DNA of 64,000 bases from Patescibacteria group bacterium (GCA_041650995.1 JBAZJZ010000002.1:13344-77343); one strand, 5' to 3'; shown: positions 31,101-39,174, numbered from the stretch's first letter. Program-made: numbers and translations. Notes: generated by a model from the sequence alone, not told the origin.

Positions 31101-34100
31101 ACTACGGCGGGAATTTTCGGGCTGATGGAGATTTAGGTATTGCTGTTTCTGGTTGGGCTTCTGCAAGTAGCGCAACAGCGAATTATGGTGGGAAATTTTT
31201 AGCAGGGGGTACGGGAGGAGCATATGGGGTATATGGCGAAGCAACTGGCCTTTCGGGTACAAATTATGGTGTTTATGGGAAAGGTTCAGTAGGTGTTTAT
31301 GGTTATGTTAGCGCAACGCAGTATGGTTATTTAGGGGATTCCACCTACGGCGTTTATGGCCGCGGTACAATTGGTGTTTATGGAACAGACGGGACTAGAT
31401 ATGGACAATTGGGGTATGCTTCGGCAGGTGTTTATGGAACAGACGGGACTAGATATGGACAATTGGGTACGGGAAGTTATGGTGTTTATGGTTATTATGA
31501 CGCCACGCATTCAGGCTATATTGGTGGCGCGAGTTATGGAATTTACGGAACCGGTGCTGATGGCGAGGGGGTGCACGGCGAAGCAACGACTGGTTATGGC
31601 GTTCGCGGTAATGCAACAACCGGTTATGGTACGTCAGGATTTTTGTCTGGTGAAACGGGACGAGCAGTTTGGGGTTCTGCTTACAACGCGAGCGGTACAA
31701 CAACTTATGGTGGATATTTTAGTTCGTCCGGCACTTCTGGTTATGGTGTTTATGCGGAAGCAACTGCGAAAAGCACTGTTTATGGTGTTTACGGGGTTGC
31801 TTCAGATGCAGGAGCGGGCACAAGTTACGGAGGGTATTTCACATCTGCTGGCACGACAGGCCGCGCAGTTTACGGCTCAGCCTCAACTACTGGAGCAACA
31901 ACAGCTTATGGCGGTTATTTTACATCTGCTAGTGATTACGGTCGTGGTGTTTATGGTGAGGCTACTGATACTGCCGCAGTTCAAAATTATGGCGGTTATT
32001 TCTCCGCCGCGGGCGGGGCGGGCATTGGCGTTTATGGTGTAGCTTCTGCCGCAAGTACTGTTTATGGCGGCTATTTTGAAGCTACGAATACAGGAGCTGT
32101 GACAAATTACGGCGTTTATGGGAAAGCCGCCGGAGACACCGGTTATGGAGTTAGGGGTGAGGCTTCTGACACGGGCGCGGTAGCAAATTATGGCGGATAT
32201 TTTTCCGCAGCTGGAACAGGTGGCGGAGTGGGTATTTACGGGTCCGCGACGGGCGCTTCTGGTACAAACTATGGAGTCTACGGCGCGGTGACTTCAGCCG
32301 CTGGCTGGGCAGGGTATTTTACCGGGGGCTATGGTTTGTATGTCAGCGGTTCAGCTAGTCAAATGACCGGTGCCGCTTCTGGCCCGACTTTAACGGTTGC
32401 TGCAACCTCCGTCTCCGCAAATAATATTGCTTTAAAAGTTACTTGGGCTGACAGTTATCTCACAACCACCGACGGCGGCCCTTTAAAAATCGTTTCCACA
32501 ACTGACACCGGTTTTACCACTACGGGTGATGCCGCGACCAGACGCGTTGGTTTAATCCAGGTTGACGCGAATGTTACTTCAGCCTCAAGCGGAAATTTTA
32601 TTGCCTTTAACTCTGATGTTAATGGCACTCCGGACGCAGAATTCAGGGTGTCAATGGCTGGTGCGACTTATGCTGATGGCGCTTATTCATCGGCTGGCGC
32701 TGACTTAGCCGAAGTTTTTGATGTGAGTGATTTATCTTTATCTTTGGGAGATTTGGTGGTGGTTGACAATGTTACTGGTAAACTTAAAAAATCATCCGCT
32801 GCTTATGAAGAAGGATTAGTTGGGATCGTGACTGATGCGACAATGGCAGCTTTTATCGGCGGAGATTCAGATGGTGACCTCGGCCCGGATCAAAGAGTTA
32901 TTACTTTAATTGGTAGAATGTCTTTGACAAAAGTTAATGATGAAAATGGCACAATTAATCCGGGAGATTTGTTAACGTCTTCATCAATGCCTGGCGTAGC
33001 AATGAAAGCCACAAAACCCGGTTCGGTGATTGGTCGGGCATTAGCGTCATGGAGCGGCCCGGGGCAAGGAACGATTGAAGTTTATGTTAATCAAAAATGG
33101 CATTCAGGCGGAACGATTACTACTGATGGCACGATTTCTTTTTTCAATGATGATTTTACTTTCAATAAAACAGAAACAGCGACAGAAATTATTCAGGGTT
33201 ATAACTCCAAAGGTTTAACTTTTCGCGGTTCTGGTTGGGATGGCGCTACGGCGCAAAATGTGGAAATGAAAATTAATAATGTTGTCGCGAGCGCGTCAAA
33301 TTACAAATTAGCAGTTTTAAATAATGCAGGGCAGGAAGTTGCTTATCTTGATCAGGCCGGCGCGTTTGGTCTTTCCGGGAAATTTTATCCGGCCTCGCCA
33401 ACAGGCGCGCAAACCGATGCTTACATTTTCTATCGTAACAATCGCATAAGAACGAACGCCGCTGGATGGGCGACAGGCTCGTTTGATTTTGCCGAAATGT
33501 TCTTATCGCACGAATTGCTTGAGGCTGGAGACGTGGTTGTGTTAGACGAGGCGACAAATGAGTATGTAAAAAAATCAACCACTACTTATAATAATATGGC
33601 GCTCGGCATTGTTTCTACTGAGCCGGGATTTTTAGCCGGAGCCAATGTTGATTTTGACGACCCTTCGGCCGATCAAGGTTATCCGATCGCCCTGGCTGGC
33701 CGCGTGCCGACAAAAGTTTCTGCGGAAAACGGTCCGATTCGGCCTGGCGACTTTTTAACAACTTCCGCGACGCCTGGCGTGGCCATGAAAGCGACTGAGT
33801 CGGGTTTGATTATTGGAACAGCGCTTGAAAGTTTTGATGGCCCTGGTGTTGGTTTAGTGAAAGTTTTCGTTAATCTCTCTTGGTATAACGTTATGGGGGA
33901 GACGACGCCAGTCGGAGAATTGGCACAGCTCACACTTACTGGTGATTTAAATATGAATGGCAATTATATTTTAAATGTCGGGAAGATTGTTGGGTTGGAT
34001 GAAAAATGGAGCATTGATGAAAATGGTATCTTGAAAGTAAAATTAATTGCTGAGGACGCGGGCGAGAAAGAGATGTTTGGAGTAACTTCAGATAAAGTAG

Positions 34101-34570
34101 AATTAACTTTGTCCGGATCTTCGCGGTTGGAGAACGGAACAAAGATGATTGATCTAAGTTTACTTGACCCAGAGTTTATCAAACATATTTCCGCGGAGAC
34201 TGCTCTAAAAATAATTGTGACATTAACCGAACCGGCTAACGGCGTCTATGTCGCGGAAAAAACTGCTTATAGTTTCCGAGTAGCGGAATTGAATGCCGGA
34301 ACTTCTGACGCGGCCTTTGATTGGATTGTGATTGCGAGACGAAAGGGCTACGAAGATCCGCCAACAACACCCGCGCCAAGCGAACCAGCGCCGTCTGCTC
34401 CAAGCGAACCCCCACCAAGCGAACCAGCGCCAGAAACTCCTCCTTCTGAACCAGCTCCGTCAGAGCCTGTGCCAACTGAGCCAACTCCAGAAGTTCCTCC
34501 AGTAGAATCTGCCCCAAGTGAACCGGCACCGTCTGAACCGGCGCCAAGTGAGCCAGCGCCAGCGCCGTAG
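25115..34570 (+). CDS. Giant (3151 aa) membrane-anchored YG-repeat fibre protein with 4 repeated modules and two C-terminal chaperone-like modules; Pro/Glu/Ser-rich tail
   Basis: N-terminal signal-anchor. About 60 degenerate G(V/I)YG...NYGGYF repeats. Module-start motif SASSAVYTDASKNLTSTAPTSG at 26100, 27180, 28500, 29160. C-terminal PxEP-repeat tail. Confidence 0.8.
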   Translation: MFSSGEEKPNIRIPSQGGTNLTLLVFVLGILSLTSIGIMTLSVVKQLRPTAFTAINKQLNYQGKLQNSGGITVADGNYLMKFSIYDAASGGSRLWTECGTTGTPTARTVAVANGVFSVMLGDTNSDSCPGGTDSNAINLDFNSDSYYLGLTVESDAEMEPRKRVGASGYAFNADLLDGLNTSAAGGSFAFVPVTDGSGHLTLTQNLTLGGVMKASDGAVGAPSYTFTSDLDTGLYYSATQINVGVGGAAVANVSASGLAVDTVKTLTATTLTLKGTVADGGTAVGATIGSNNTLSTAGAKLVSFVNNTTEKAYIDKDGVGYFSGGNFSGLSASSAVYTDASKNLTSTAPTSGSIGYWSRTSTTLSPATANDVVAVTGNSGDLLTLTSTATGADNKALNIAASGATTGTDYGAYISNTGAGTTNVGLYVTASGAVTNNYAAIFAAGNVGVGITSPAYTLDVSSSGTRAVNAITSNNSGYAIYGTASATGAVTNYGVYGATAGDSGRGVYGTASATGAVTNYGGYFSSAGNSGRGVYGTASATGAVTNYGGLFYAAGNTGYGVYGHATATGAVGNTGGYFRADGGSGVGVTGTAPTTGAVTNYGGYFSSAGNSGRGISAVATATGAVTNIGGAFSSAGDTGIGVQGSATGSGGVNYGVYGTTSSATGWGGYFSGGLGLYASAARINSLTASSAVYTDASKNLTSTAPTSGALGYWSRTGTVLSPTTSGDTATVAGLNVNFGPITNAYVAINPWYQNSIGSANGIGLPMNRLLGSNTGRHTVTTTGFSGGTSVLYDSFYDSAAIIPYGGTGTVEVDFNPQMGWTDNTASPSFTYENGMLVMSFYYTYFPTNITVEMYHYNSVSLVDEWTTIYTTASNNKNPLIVNTSPTITYIKKIKFTFSGGGDPGLGIRIAELEWFPTRESSANQLAVIPKYYNQNMDVSWTNLNMKKTTDWSTTATISNAGAAYFVGPVGINDTSADASLEVVNDGSGDSFLVADTNDGDTTPFVIQADGDVGIGTAAPVSLLHLVKDSTYNSENTGAIKITDSTLTDTGLIIGTDATNDIGYIQSLDPGTSYTTRPLILNPNGGYVGISDISPAALFTVGSGDLFQVNSSGAIAAATGIISSGTIQFTGLTASSAVYTDASKNLTSTAPTSGAIGYWSRSGTTLSPATANDVVSVSGTGAIAITGTSSAAGGYGIYGTATDATAVANYGGYFIAAGTGSGTAGVYGESTATGGFSPFYGGYFTAAGNLGVGVQGVATATAFATNYGVYGQADGDTGVGVRGLASGTEGINYGGYFWSNGPGGYGVYGRANSGTGTTYGVYGEVISSSGWAGYFDGGLGLYASAARIDSLSASSAVYTDASKNLTSTAPTSGAIGYWSRSGTTLSPATANDVVSVSGTGAIAITGTSSAAGGYGIYGTATDATAVANYGGYFTAAGTGTLTAGVYGEVTATADNIAGVYGKATNTGAYINYGGAFFANGENGRGVYGEAVSNAAATNYGGYFVGGGTAANTAGVYGQATNTGAVANYGGYFLAEGTGSAAAGIYGEASGAGSVYGVQGAATDTGAVANYGGYFTAAGTVTGATGVYGEASGATNLALGVHGVASATGAVTNYGGVFTGAGNTGRGVYGEATATGAYTNYGVYGMAVGDTGRAVYGTAQATTSAVNYGGYFVTHGDGTFAAGAYGEASGAGSVFGVIGYASNSGAVTNTGGAFTANGETGRGVYGQASNSAATVNYGGYFIADGAGAGTAGVRGIANGGAAVYGVYGSTISANTGASGVYGEASGAASEVIGVQGAASSSGAVANYGGYFAAFGSGTGASGVYGLATAVGIVYGVQGRASAVDNATSYGGYFTTEGYTGRGVYGYAEYIGATVNYGGYFEANGAGAGTAGVRGIANANAAVYGVYGSTSGQASGAVGVYGLASAAADVIGVQGAATSAGAYENYGGYFYAAGNSGRGVYGTAVASGAVTNYGGYFQASGNSGSAVYGLASATGAVTNYGGNFRADGDLGIAVSGWASASSATANYGGKFLAGGTGGAYGVYGEATGLSGTNYGVYGKGSVGVYGYVSATQYGYLGDSTYGVYGRGTIGVYGTDGTRYGQLGYASAGVYGTDGTRYGQLGTGSYGVYGYYDATHSGYIGGASYGIYGTGADGEGVHGEATTGYGVRGNATTGYGTSGFLSGETGRAVWGSAYNASGTTTYGGYFSSSGTSGYGVYAEATAKSTVYGVYGVASDAGAGTSYGGYFTSAGTTGRAVYGSASTTGATTAYGGYFTSASDYGRGVYGEATDTAAVQNYGGYFSAAGGAGIGVYGVASAASTVYGGYFEATNTGAVTNYGVYGKAAGDTGYGVRGEASDTGAVANYGGYFSAAGTGGGVGIYGSATGASGTNYGVYGAVTSAAGWAGYFTGGYGLYVSGSASQMTGAASGPTLTVAATSVSANNIALKVTWADSYLTTTDGGPLKIVSTTDTGFTTTGDAATRRVGLIQVDANVTSASSGNFIAFNSDVNGTPDAEFRVSMAGATYADGAYSSAGADLAEVFDVSDLSLSLGDLVVVDNVTGKLKKSSAAYEEGLVGIVTDATMAAFIGGDSDGDLGPDQRVITLIGRMSLTKVNDENGTINPGDLLTSSSMPGVAMKATKPGSVIGRALASWSGPGQGTIEVYVNQKWHSGGTITTDGTISFFNDDFTFNKTETATEIIQGYNSKGLTFRGSGWDGATAQNVEMKINNVVASASNYKLAVLNNAGQEVAYLDQAGAFGLSGKFYPASPTGAQTDAYIFYRNNRIRTNAAGWATGSFDFAEMFLSHELLEAGDVVVLDEATNEYVKKSTTTYNNMALGIVSTEPGFLAGANVDFDDPSADQGYPIALAGRVPTKVSAENGPIRPGDFLTTSATPGVAMKATESGLIIGTALESFDGPGVGLVKVFVNLSWYNVMGETTPVGELAQLTLTGDLNMNGNYILNVGKIVGLDEKWSIDENGILKVKLIAEDAGEKEMFGVTSDKVELTLSGSSRLENGTKMIDLSLLDPEFIKHISAETALKIIVTLTEPANGVYVAEKTAYSFRVAELNAGTSDAAFDWIVIARRKGYEDPPTTPAPSEPAPSAPSEPPPSEPAPETPPSEPAPSEPVPTEPTPEVPPVESAPSEPAPSEPAPSEPAPAP
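28497..28760 (+). repeat. About 260-bp near-perfect intragenic direct repeat, copy 1 (copy 2 at 29157-29420)
   Basis: Identical spurious ORFs 28585..28821 and 29242..29454 in ORF track; identical nucleotide strings beginning ctcacggcttcttccgccgtctacactgacgcttc. Confidence 0.85.
29157..29420 (+). repeat. About 260-bp near-perfect intragenic direct repeat, copy 2
   Basis: See copy 1. Confidence 0.85.
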
Positions 34571-34794
34571 TGGTTATTAAAAATTGTAAACGAGTTGTGC
34601 CTTCGGGTACGGGCCATAACTCGTATATAATAGCAGCTCCCCACCGCAAGGTGAGGAGTTGTTGTATTTATTGATTTTTTATAAATCAACTGATTAAAAT
34701 TATTTAATTTTTGTGGTATAATTAAAAAGGAAGAGGTTGGGGAAAGAAGCAGATCCCTAACTTTGAATATCTATCTCCTAATATTTATAATTGT

Positions 34795-37266
34795 ATGTTT
34801 GATTCAATTCAAAACAGTCACCCTCATAAACAAAATGGCAGGAATAAAAATTCTTTGCGCCCGTTAGTTTTAATCTTGGGATTTTTTGCTATTGCGAGCC
34901 TTGGCGTTATTGGTTTTGCTTTGTTGCAAAAATGGAGTCCTCCAGTTTCTGCCGCGCCGGGAATTTATAAAGTTTTAAATTACCAAGGAAAGCTGGAGGA
35001 CTCTGGCGGCATTACCGTGGCTGATGGAGCGTATAATATAAAATTTACGATTTATAATGCCCCCGCGGGCAATGTTGTCCTTTGGACCGCGCGTGAATCA
35101 GACGCTTGCGGCGCTCCTTTTAATCCTTCGGCAAAATCAGTCACAACTTCGCTTGGTATTTTTTCCACTCAACTTGGCGAGTCGGGTGATTGTCCAATAA
35201 ATTTAGATTTTAATGATGATTCATATTATCTTGGCATAACTGTTGGCGCGGATTCGGAAATGACGCCGAGAAAAAGAATCGGGGCAGCTGGGTATGCTTT
35301 TAACGCGGATTTAATGGATGGTCTGGATTCTTCTGAAATTGGAGGCGCAACTGCTTTTGTTCCGGTAACAGATTCAAGCGGGAATTTTGTTTTAACTGGC
35401 AATGTTACTTTTGATACAAATACTTTTTTTCTTGATTCCACAAATGACAATATTGGAATTGGTACGGCCGCCCCGGATACTGATCGGACCGTAGATTTAA
35501 CGACTGCTAAAAAATACGGAGTTTATTCCGTGACAAGTTCGGCGGCAAAGAACACTGTAGCAGTTTATGGTCAGTCAACTGATGCAACTAACAATACTAG
35601 ATACGGTGGATATTTTACTGCGGCAGGTGGCGGAGGTCGAGGCGTTTTTGGTGAGGCTTCAGAGTCAGGAAATCCAATGATTGCAAATTATGGCGGTTAT
35701 TTTACCTCGGCGGGAGATTGGGGGTTGGGCGTTTATGGAGAAGCTTCTGCGAGCGGTTTGGGGACAAGTAATACGGGGGGATCTTTTACTGCGGCGGGAG
35801 ACACTGGTTACGGAGTTAGAGGTGTAGCTTCCGGGACAGCCGGGGTAAATTATGGTGGCTATTTTATATCATACGGGCCCGGCGGATATGGAGTTTATAG
35901 CTGGGCGAATGATACCAGCGCCGCGGCGAATTACGGAGGGTATTTCCGGGCTAGCGGCCAAGGCGGATATGGAGTTTATGGTATAGCATCAGATACGACT
36001 GCCACGGCTAATTACGGTGGATATTTCACCGCGGCTGGCACAGGTGCTTTATCAAGCGGTGTCTATGGTGAGGCATCTGGTTCTGGAACCGTTATAGGTG
36101 TGAGGGGATATGCCCCAGATCTTACTGCAGGAGTTACAAACTACGGCGGTTATTTTTCCGCCCAAGGCGGCACAGCCCAAGCTGTTTTTGGTGATGCTAC
36201 AAATACCGGAGCCGAAATAAATTACGGTGGTTATTTTACTGCGCGCGGTTCAGGGGCTGGAACATCAGGAGTCTATGCCGAGGCAAGCGGGGCAGCATCT
36301 GTTTACGGCGTCTATGGGCTTGCTTCCGATAGTACTGCGGTTACAAACTATGGTGGATATTTTACCGCGGCTGGCACAGGCGCGGGCACAAGCGGTGTTT
36401 ACGGTTTAGCCTCGGGAGCAGCTAGCGTTTACGGTGTTAGAGGCGAGGCCCCGGCTACTGGCGCGGTACAAAATTTTGGTGGATATTTCACCGCGGCTGG
36501 CGATACAGCCATAGCGGTTTATGGTGCGGCTACGGCCATAGCTGGAGCAAGTAATATGGGAGGATTTTTTAAAGCAGACGGCAACGCAGCTGATTCCTAC
36601 GGCGTTTATGCCCTTGCTAGTGGATCCGGAAACAATTATGGTATTTTTGCCTCAACCCTTTCTGTGACTGGTTGGGCAGGATTTTTTAATGGAGGCCGAG
36701 GAATTTATGCTTATCGTTTTTCAATCAACGACGGAATTACGGCGGTTGATTATAACACAATTGGTCCAGCACTCGCAGGCCATACCGGCGGAGGAGAAAT
36801 TACAGATCAGAACGATCTTTTTATCAATGGTAGCTTGGAAGTTGACGGAGAGGCCTGGCTTGATGGCGGTCATACTGACTTAGCGGAAATGGTTGCTTAC
36901 AGCGGCGAGGGCGAGGCTGGTGATGTTATTGTCATTGATGATCAAAATGATAATTCGGCAAAACTTGCAACCAAACCTTATGATCAAAGTGTTCTTGGGA
37001 TTATCTCTACCAAGCCAAGTTTAATTATCACAGGCGACATTAGAGAGGGAAAACTTTTGGCCGTCGCTGGCCGCGTGCCGACAAAAGTAACAAATATCAA
37101 TGGTATGATTCATCGTGGAGATTTGCTGACAACCTCTTTGATCCCTGGCCACGCCATGAAAGCGACTGCGCCAGGTCCGATTGTTGGTAAAGCTTTGGGT
37201 GAATGCAACGAGGGTCAGTGTGTTATTTGGGTTTTTCTAAATGTGAGTTGGTACGGTGGGATATAA
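34795..37266 (+). CDS. YG-repeat fibre protein paralogue (823 aa) sharing N-terminal anchor domain and C-terminal module with giant ORF
   Basis: N-terminal (L/V)NYQGKL..SGGITVADG.Y..KF.IY and DSYYLG.TV..D.EM.PRKR.GA.GYAFNADL.DGL conserved with 25115 ORF; C-terminal DLAEMV...GRVPTKV...PGHAMKATAPG module. Confidence 0.8.
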   Translation: MFDSIQNSHPHKQNGRNKNSLRPLVLILGFFAIASLGVIGFALLQKWSPPVSAAPGIYKVLNYQGKLEDSGGITVADGAYNIKFTIYNAPAGNVVLWTARESDACGAPFNPSAKSVTTSLGIFSTQLGESGDCPINLDFNDDSYYLGITVGADSEMTPRKRIGAAGYAFNADLMDGLDSSEIGGATAFVPVTDSSGNFVLTGNVTFDTNTFFLDSTNDNIGIGTAAPDTDRTVDLTTAKKYGVYSVTSSAAKNTVAVYGQSTDATNNTRYGGYFTAAGGGGRGVFGEASESGNPMIANYGGYFTSAGDWGLGVYGEASASGLGTSNTGGSFTAAGDTGYGVRGVASGTAGVNYGGYFISYGPGGYGVYSWANDTSAAANYGGYFRASGQGGYGVYGIASDTTATANYGGYFTAAGTGALSSGVYGEASGSGTVIGVRGYAPDLTAGVTNYGGYFSAQGGTAQAVFGDATNTGAEINYGGYFTARGSGAGTSGVYAEASGAASVYGVYGLASDSTAVTNYGGYFTAAGTGAGTSGVYGLASGAASVYGVRGEAPATGAVQNFGGYFTAAGDTAIAVYGAATAIAGASNMGGFFKADGNAADSYGVYALASGSGNNYGIFASTLSVTGWAGFFNGGRGIYAYRFSINDGITAVDYNTIGPALAGHTGGGEITDQNDLFINGSLEVDGEAWLDGGHTDLAEMVAYSGEGEAGDVIVIDDQNDNSAKLATKPYDQSVLGIISTKPSLIITGDIREGKLLAVAGRVPTKVTNINGMIHRGDLLTTSLIPGHAMKATAPGPIVGKALGECNEGQCVIWVFLNVSWYGGI

Positions 37267-37286
37267 AAATTTTAGTGATTTAAATA

Positions 37287-37316
37287 AAATCCCGCCCCAA
37301 GGCGGGGTTTTTATTT
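37287..37316 (+). terminator. Rho-independent terminator after fibre-protein genes
   Basis: aaaatcccgccccaaggcggggtttttatt. Confidence 0.7.
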
Positions 37317-37326
37317 GGCGGCACAG

Positions 37327-37385
37327 TTGACAAAGAGGTAAAATTATGCTATTATAAATTGTAAAATTAGAGGTGGAGATTAGGC
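37327..37385 (+). promoter_or_regulatory. Cassette promoter module copy A (TTGACA-17-TATTAT plus conserved downstream box)
   Basis: ttgacaaagaggtaaaattatgctattataaattgtaaaattagaggtggagattagg; about 90% identical to 38182-38240. Confidence 0.6.
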
Positions 37386-37439
37386 GAGATTTGTTTTAAA
37401 ACAAGCCAATTTCGGGTGATCTTCACTTTTCGAAGAACC

Positions 37440-37458
37440 GTCTCGGCAGCGCCGAGAC
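37440..37458 (+). promoter_or_regulatory. GC hairpin gtctcggcagcgccgagac immediately upstream of RBS
   Basis: 8-bp perfect inverted repeat, 6 nt before aaggag RBS. Confidence 0.45.
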
Positions 37459-37472
37459 AAGGAGTTTGACAA

Positions 37473-38075
37473 ATGAAGACAACGATGATCGCGGTGTTCG
37501 TTTCCCTGTTCGTGGTTGGGTGCTACGGGAGCTACCAGAACTACGGTACGGACGATGTGGCGCTCGAGACCTGCGAAGTGCGAGTGACGACGAACGCGAC
37601 GAACGCTTCCGTCACGGTGGACGGCGTCGCGGTCGGCAGCGTGGCGGAACTCGCGATGGGCGAGCACACCTTCGCCGCTACGGCTCCCGGTTATTTTCCG
37701 GCGAGCGTAGTGGTGGGGGTGGACGAGGCGTGCGCCCCGGTTGCGCTTCAGCTTTTCCCCGACCTGAATGGAGACTACGATCTTGTGCTGCATAACACGC
37801 TCTACGATCGTCTCCTGCTGCACCTCGACCAGGACGAGGAAGGAAATCTCGTCGGCTACGACTGGTACGCCGACGACCCGGGACACAGCTTCCAGGAATT
37901 CACCGGCACTGTTTCGTTCGATGGAGAGGTTTATCTCCTCTCGGACGATTCGGTTCGGCTGAGTCTTTCGGGGCAGTGGACTCCGCCGAGAATTGGCGGC
38001 GTCTCTCGGATCGTCGGCACCTGGACTTCCGCCGCGGGCGGCGACGGAGAGTGGCTCGCCGAGTCGCGACCGTAG
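37473..38075 (+). CDS. High-GC lipoprotein with PEGA-like domain (200 aa)
   Basis: Lipobox LFVVGC; VRVTTNATNASVTVDGVAVGSVAELAMGEHTFAATAPGYFPASVVV resembles PEGA domain; about 66% GC; antisense ORFs rejected. Confidence 0.6.
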   Translation: MKTTMIAVFVSLFVVGCYGSYQNYGTDDVALETCEVRVTTNATNASVTVDGVAVGSVAELAMGEHTFAATAPGYFPASVVVGVDEACAPVALQLFPDLNGDYDLVLHNTLYDRLLLHLDQDEEGNLVGYDWYADDPGHSFQEFTGTVSFDGEVYLLSDDSVRLSLSGQWTPPRIGGVSRIVGTWTSAAGGDGEWLAESRP

Positions 38076-38085
38076 CGTCGACTGC

Positions 38086-38150
38086 GCTCGAACCGGCATC
38101 TGGCAGAAATCGTGAAGAACGATTCTCTGTCAGGTGCCGGTCTTTTTATT
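38086..38150 (+). terminator. Cassette terminator module copy 1 (long hairpin accggcatctggcaga...tctgccagatgccggt plus T run)
   Basis: gctcgaaccggcatctggcagaaatcgtgaagaacgattctctgtcaggtgccggtctttttatt; three near-identical copies (also at about 38996 and 40793). Confidence 0.65.
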
Positions 38151-38181
38151 AAGGGCGAAATTTTTCTTGGTTTAAACGAGA

Positions 38182-38240
38182 TTGACAAAAGGGTAAAAAT
38201 GTGTTATTATAAATTGTAAAATTAAAGGTGGAGATTAGGT
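38182..38240 (+). promoter_or_regulatory. Cassette promoter module copy B
   Basis: ttgacaaaagggtaaaaatgtgttattataaattgtaaaattaaaggtggagattagg. Confidence 0.6.
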
Positions 38241-38296
38241 GAAAAAGCCTTACTGCTAAAACTTTTTCAGGTAATTTTCACTTTTTGTGAATAGCC

Positions 38297-38315
38297 GTCC
38301 CGCAAGACTGCGGGC
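38297..38315 (+). promoter_or_regulatory. GC hairpin motif gtcccgcaagactgcgggc upstream of RBS
   Basis: Member of the tcccgcag...ctgcggga family. Confidence 0.45.
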
Positions 38316-38331
38316 AAGGGAGGGGTTAACA

Positions 38332-38994
38332 ATGAAGGCGACGATCGCAATGTGCGCAATGAGCGTGGCGCTCACGGGCTGCCTTGGCATGGAGCTCGGC
38401 AATCCCGAGCCGTTTGAGTTCAGTCTTTCGACTGACTGGAGCAACCCGGAAGACGAGGTGCTCCGCGAGGCGGCTGAGATTTGGGAAAGGATGACCTGCC
38501 TGGACCTCTTCAATGACCAGGGCTACGAACCGCACGACGGGGGTTGGACTCGACCGAAGTTGAACGATCACAAGGATGTGGTCTATCCGTTTTCCCAGAT
38601 CGATACCACACCCGACATCGAAGACTACCTTGAGATGACAGGCGGGTTTGCCGGTTACTTCTGCGGCGACATCCTGATCATGCGGGGGGCGTATCTGCGC
38701 TCCGTGGACGATCAGATTTGTTTTTACAGCAGAGAGGGCGATCCTTCTCGTTGCTTGTCCGAAGAGGAGGCAAGGGAGGACTTTGTCTTCCAGTTCAATC
38801 TAGAGTTGGTCAAGAGAACCGCCATCCATGAATTCGGGCACGCGCTCGGTCTGGATCACAACGACTCCGCTCCTTCTGTGATGGGTACAGATGCATCTCC
38901 GCCCGAGTTCTATTCGGTAGAACCAACGGCGGCGGACATCGACAACCTCTGTCGACTGTACGACTGTCCGGCGGATTGTCCAACGCGACCATGA
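38332..38994 (+). CDS. High-GC lipoprotein zinc metalloprotease (metzincin/matrixin-like, 220 aa)
   Basis: Lipobox ALTGC; HEFGHALGLDHNDSAPSVM = HExxHxxGxxH plus Met-turn; start at MKAT (38332) after RBS gggagggg; ORF-track start 38287 (GTG) overlaps hairpin. Confidence 0.65.
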   Translation: MKATIAMCAMSVALTGCLGMELGNPEPFEFSLSTDWSNPEDEVLREAAEIWERMTCLDLFNDQGYEPHDGGWTRPKLNDHKDVVYPFSQIDTTPDIEDYLEMTGGFAGYFCGDILIMRGAYLRSVDDQICFYSREGDPSRCLSEEEAREDFVFQFNLELVKRTAIHEFGHALGLDHNDSAPSVMGTDASPPEFYSVEPTAADIDNLCRLYDCPADCPTRP

Positions 38995-38995
38995 G

Positions 38996-39060
38996 CTCGA
39001 ACCGGCATCTGGCAGAAATCGTGAAGAACGATTCTCTGCCAGGTGCCGGTCTTTTTATTT
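38996..39060 (+). terminator. Cassette terminator module copy 2
   Basis: gctcgaaccggcatctggcagaaatcgtgaagaacgattctctgccaggtgccggtctttttatttt. Confidence 0.65.
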
Positions 39061-39100
39061 TGTTTTAATTTAAAATTTACAAAGATCCACTTGACTTTTA

Positions 39101-39130
39101 AGACATAATATATATATATGATAACGGCAG
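39101..39130 (+). promoter_or_regulatory. Promoter of third cassette (TTGACT, AT-rich -10)
   Basis: ttgacttttaagacataatatatatatatg; followed by hairpin tcggctaaaggaaagccga (39137-39155) and RBS ggaggag. Confidence 0.4.
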
Positions 39131-39174
39131 AACTGGTCGGCTAAAGGAAAGCCGAGCCGAGGAGGAGAAAGAAG

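Noticed and set aside
25819-34689. Numerous 60-230-aa ORFs on alternative frames inside the giant repeat gene (for example 26487..26828, 29294..29785-, 31356..32042, 34348..34689-)
   Set aside because: They are nested in a continuous 9.4-kb reading frame with strong repeat periodicity, and are repeat-induced artefacts.
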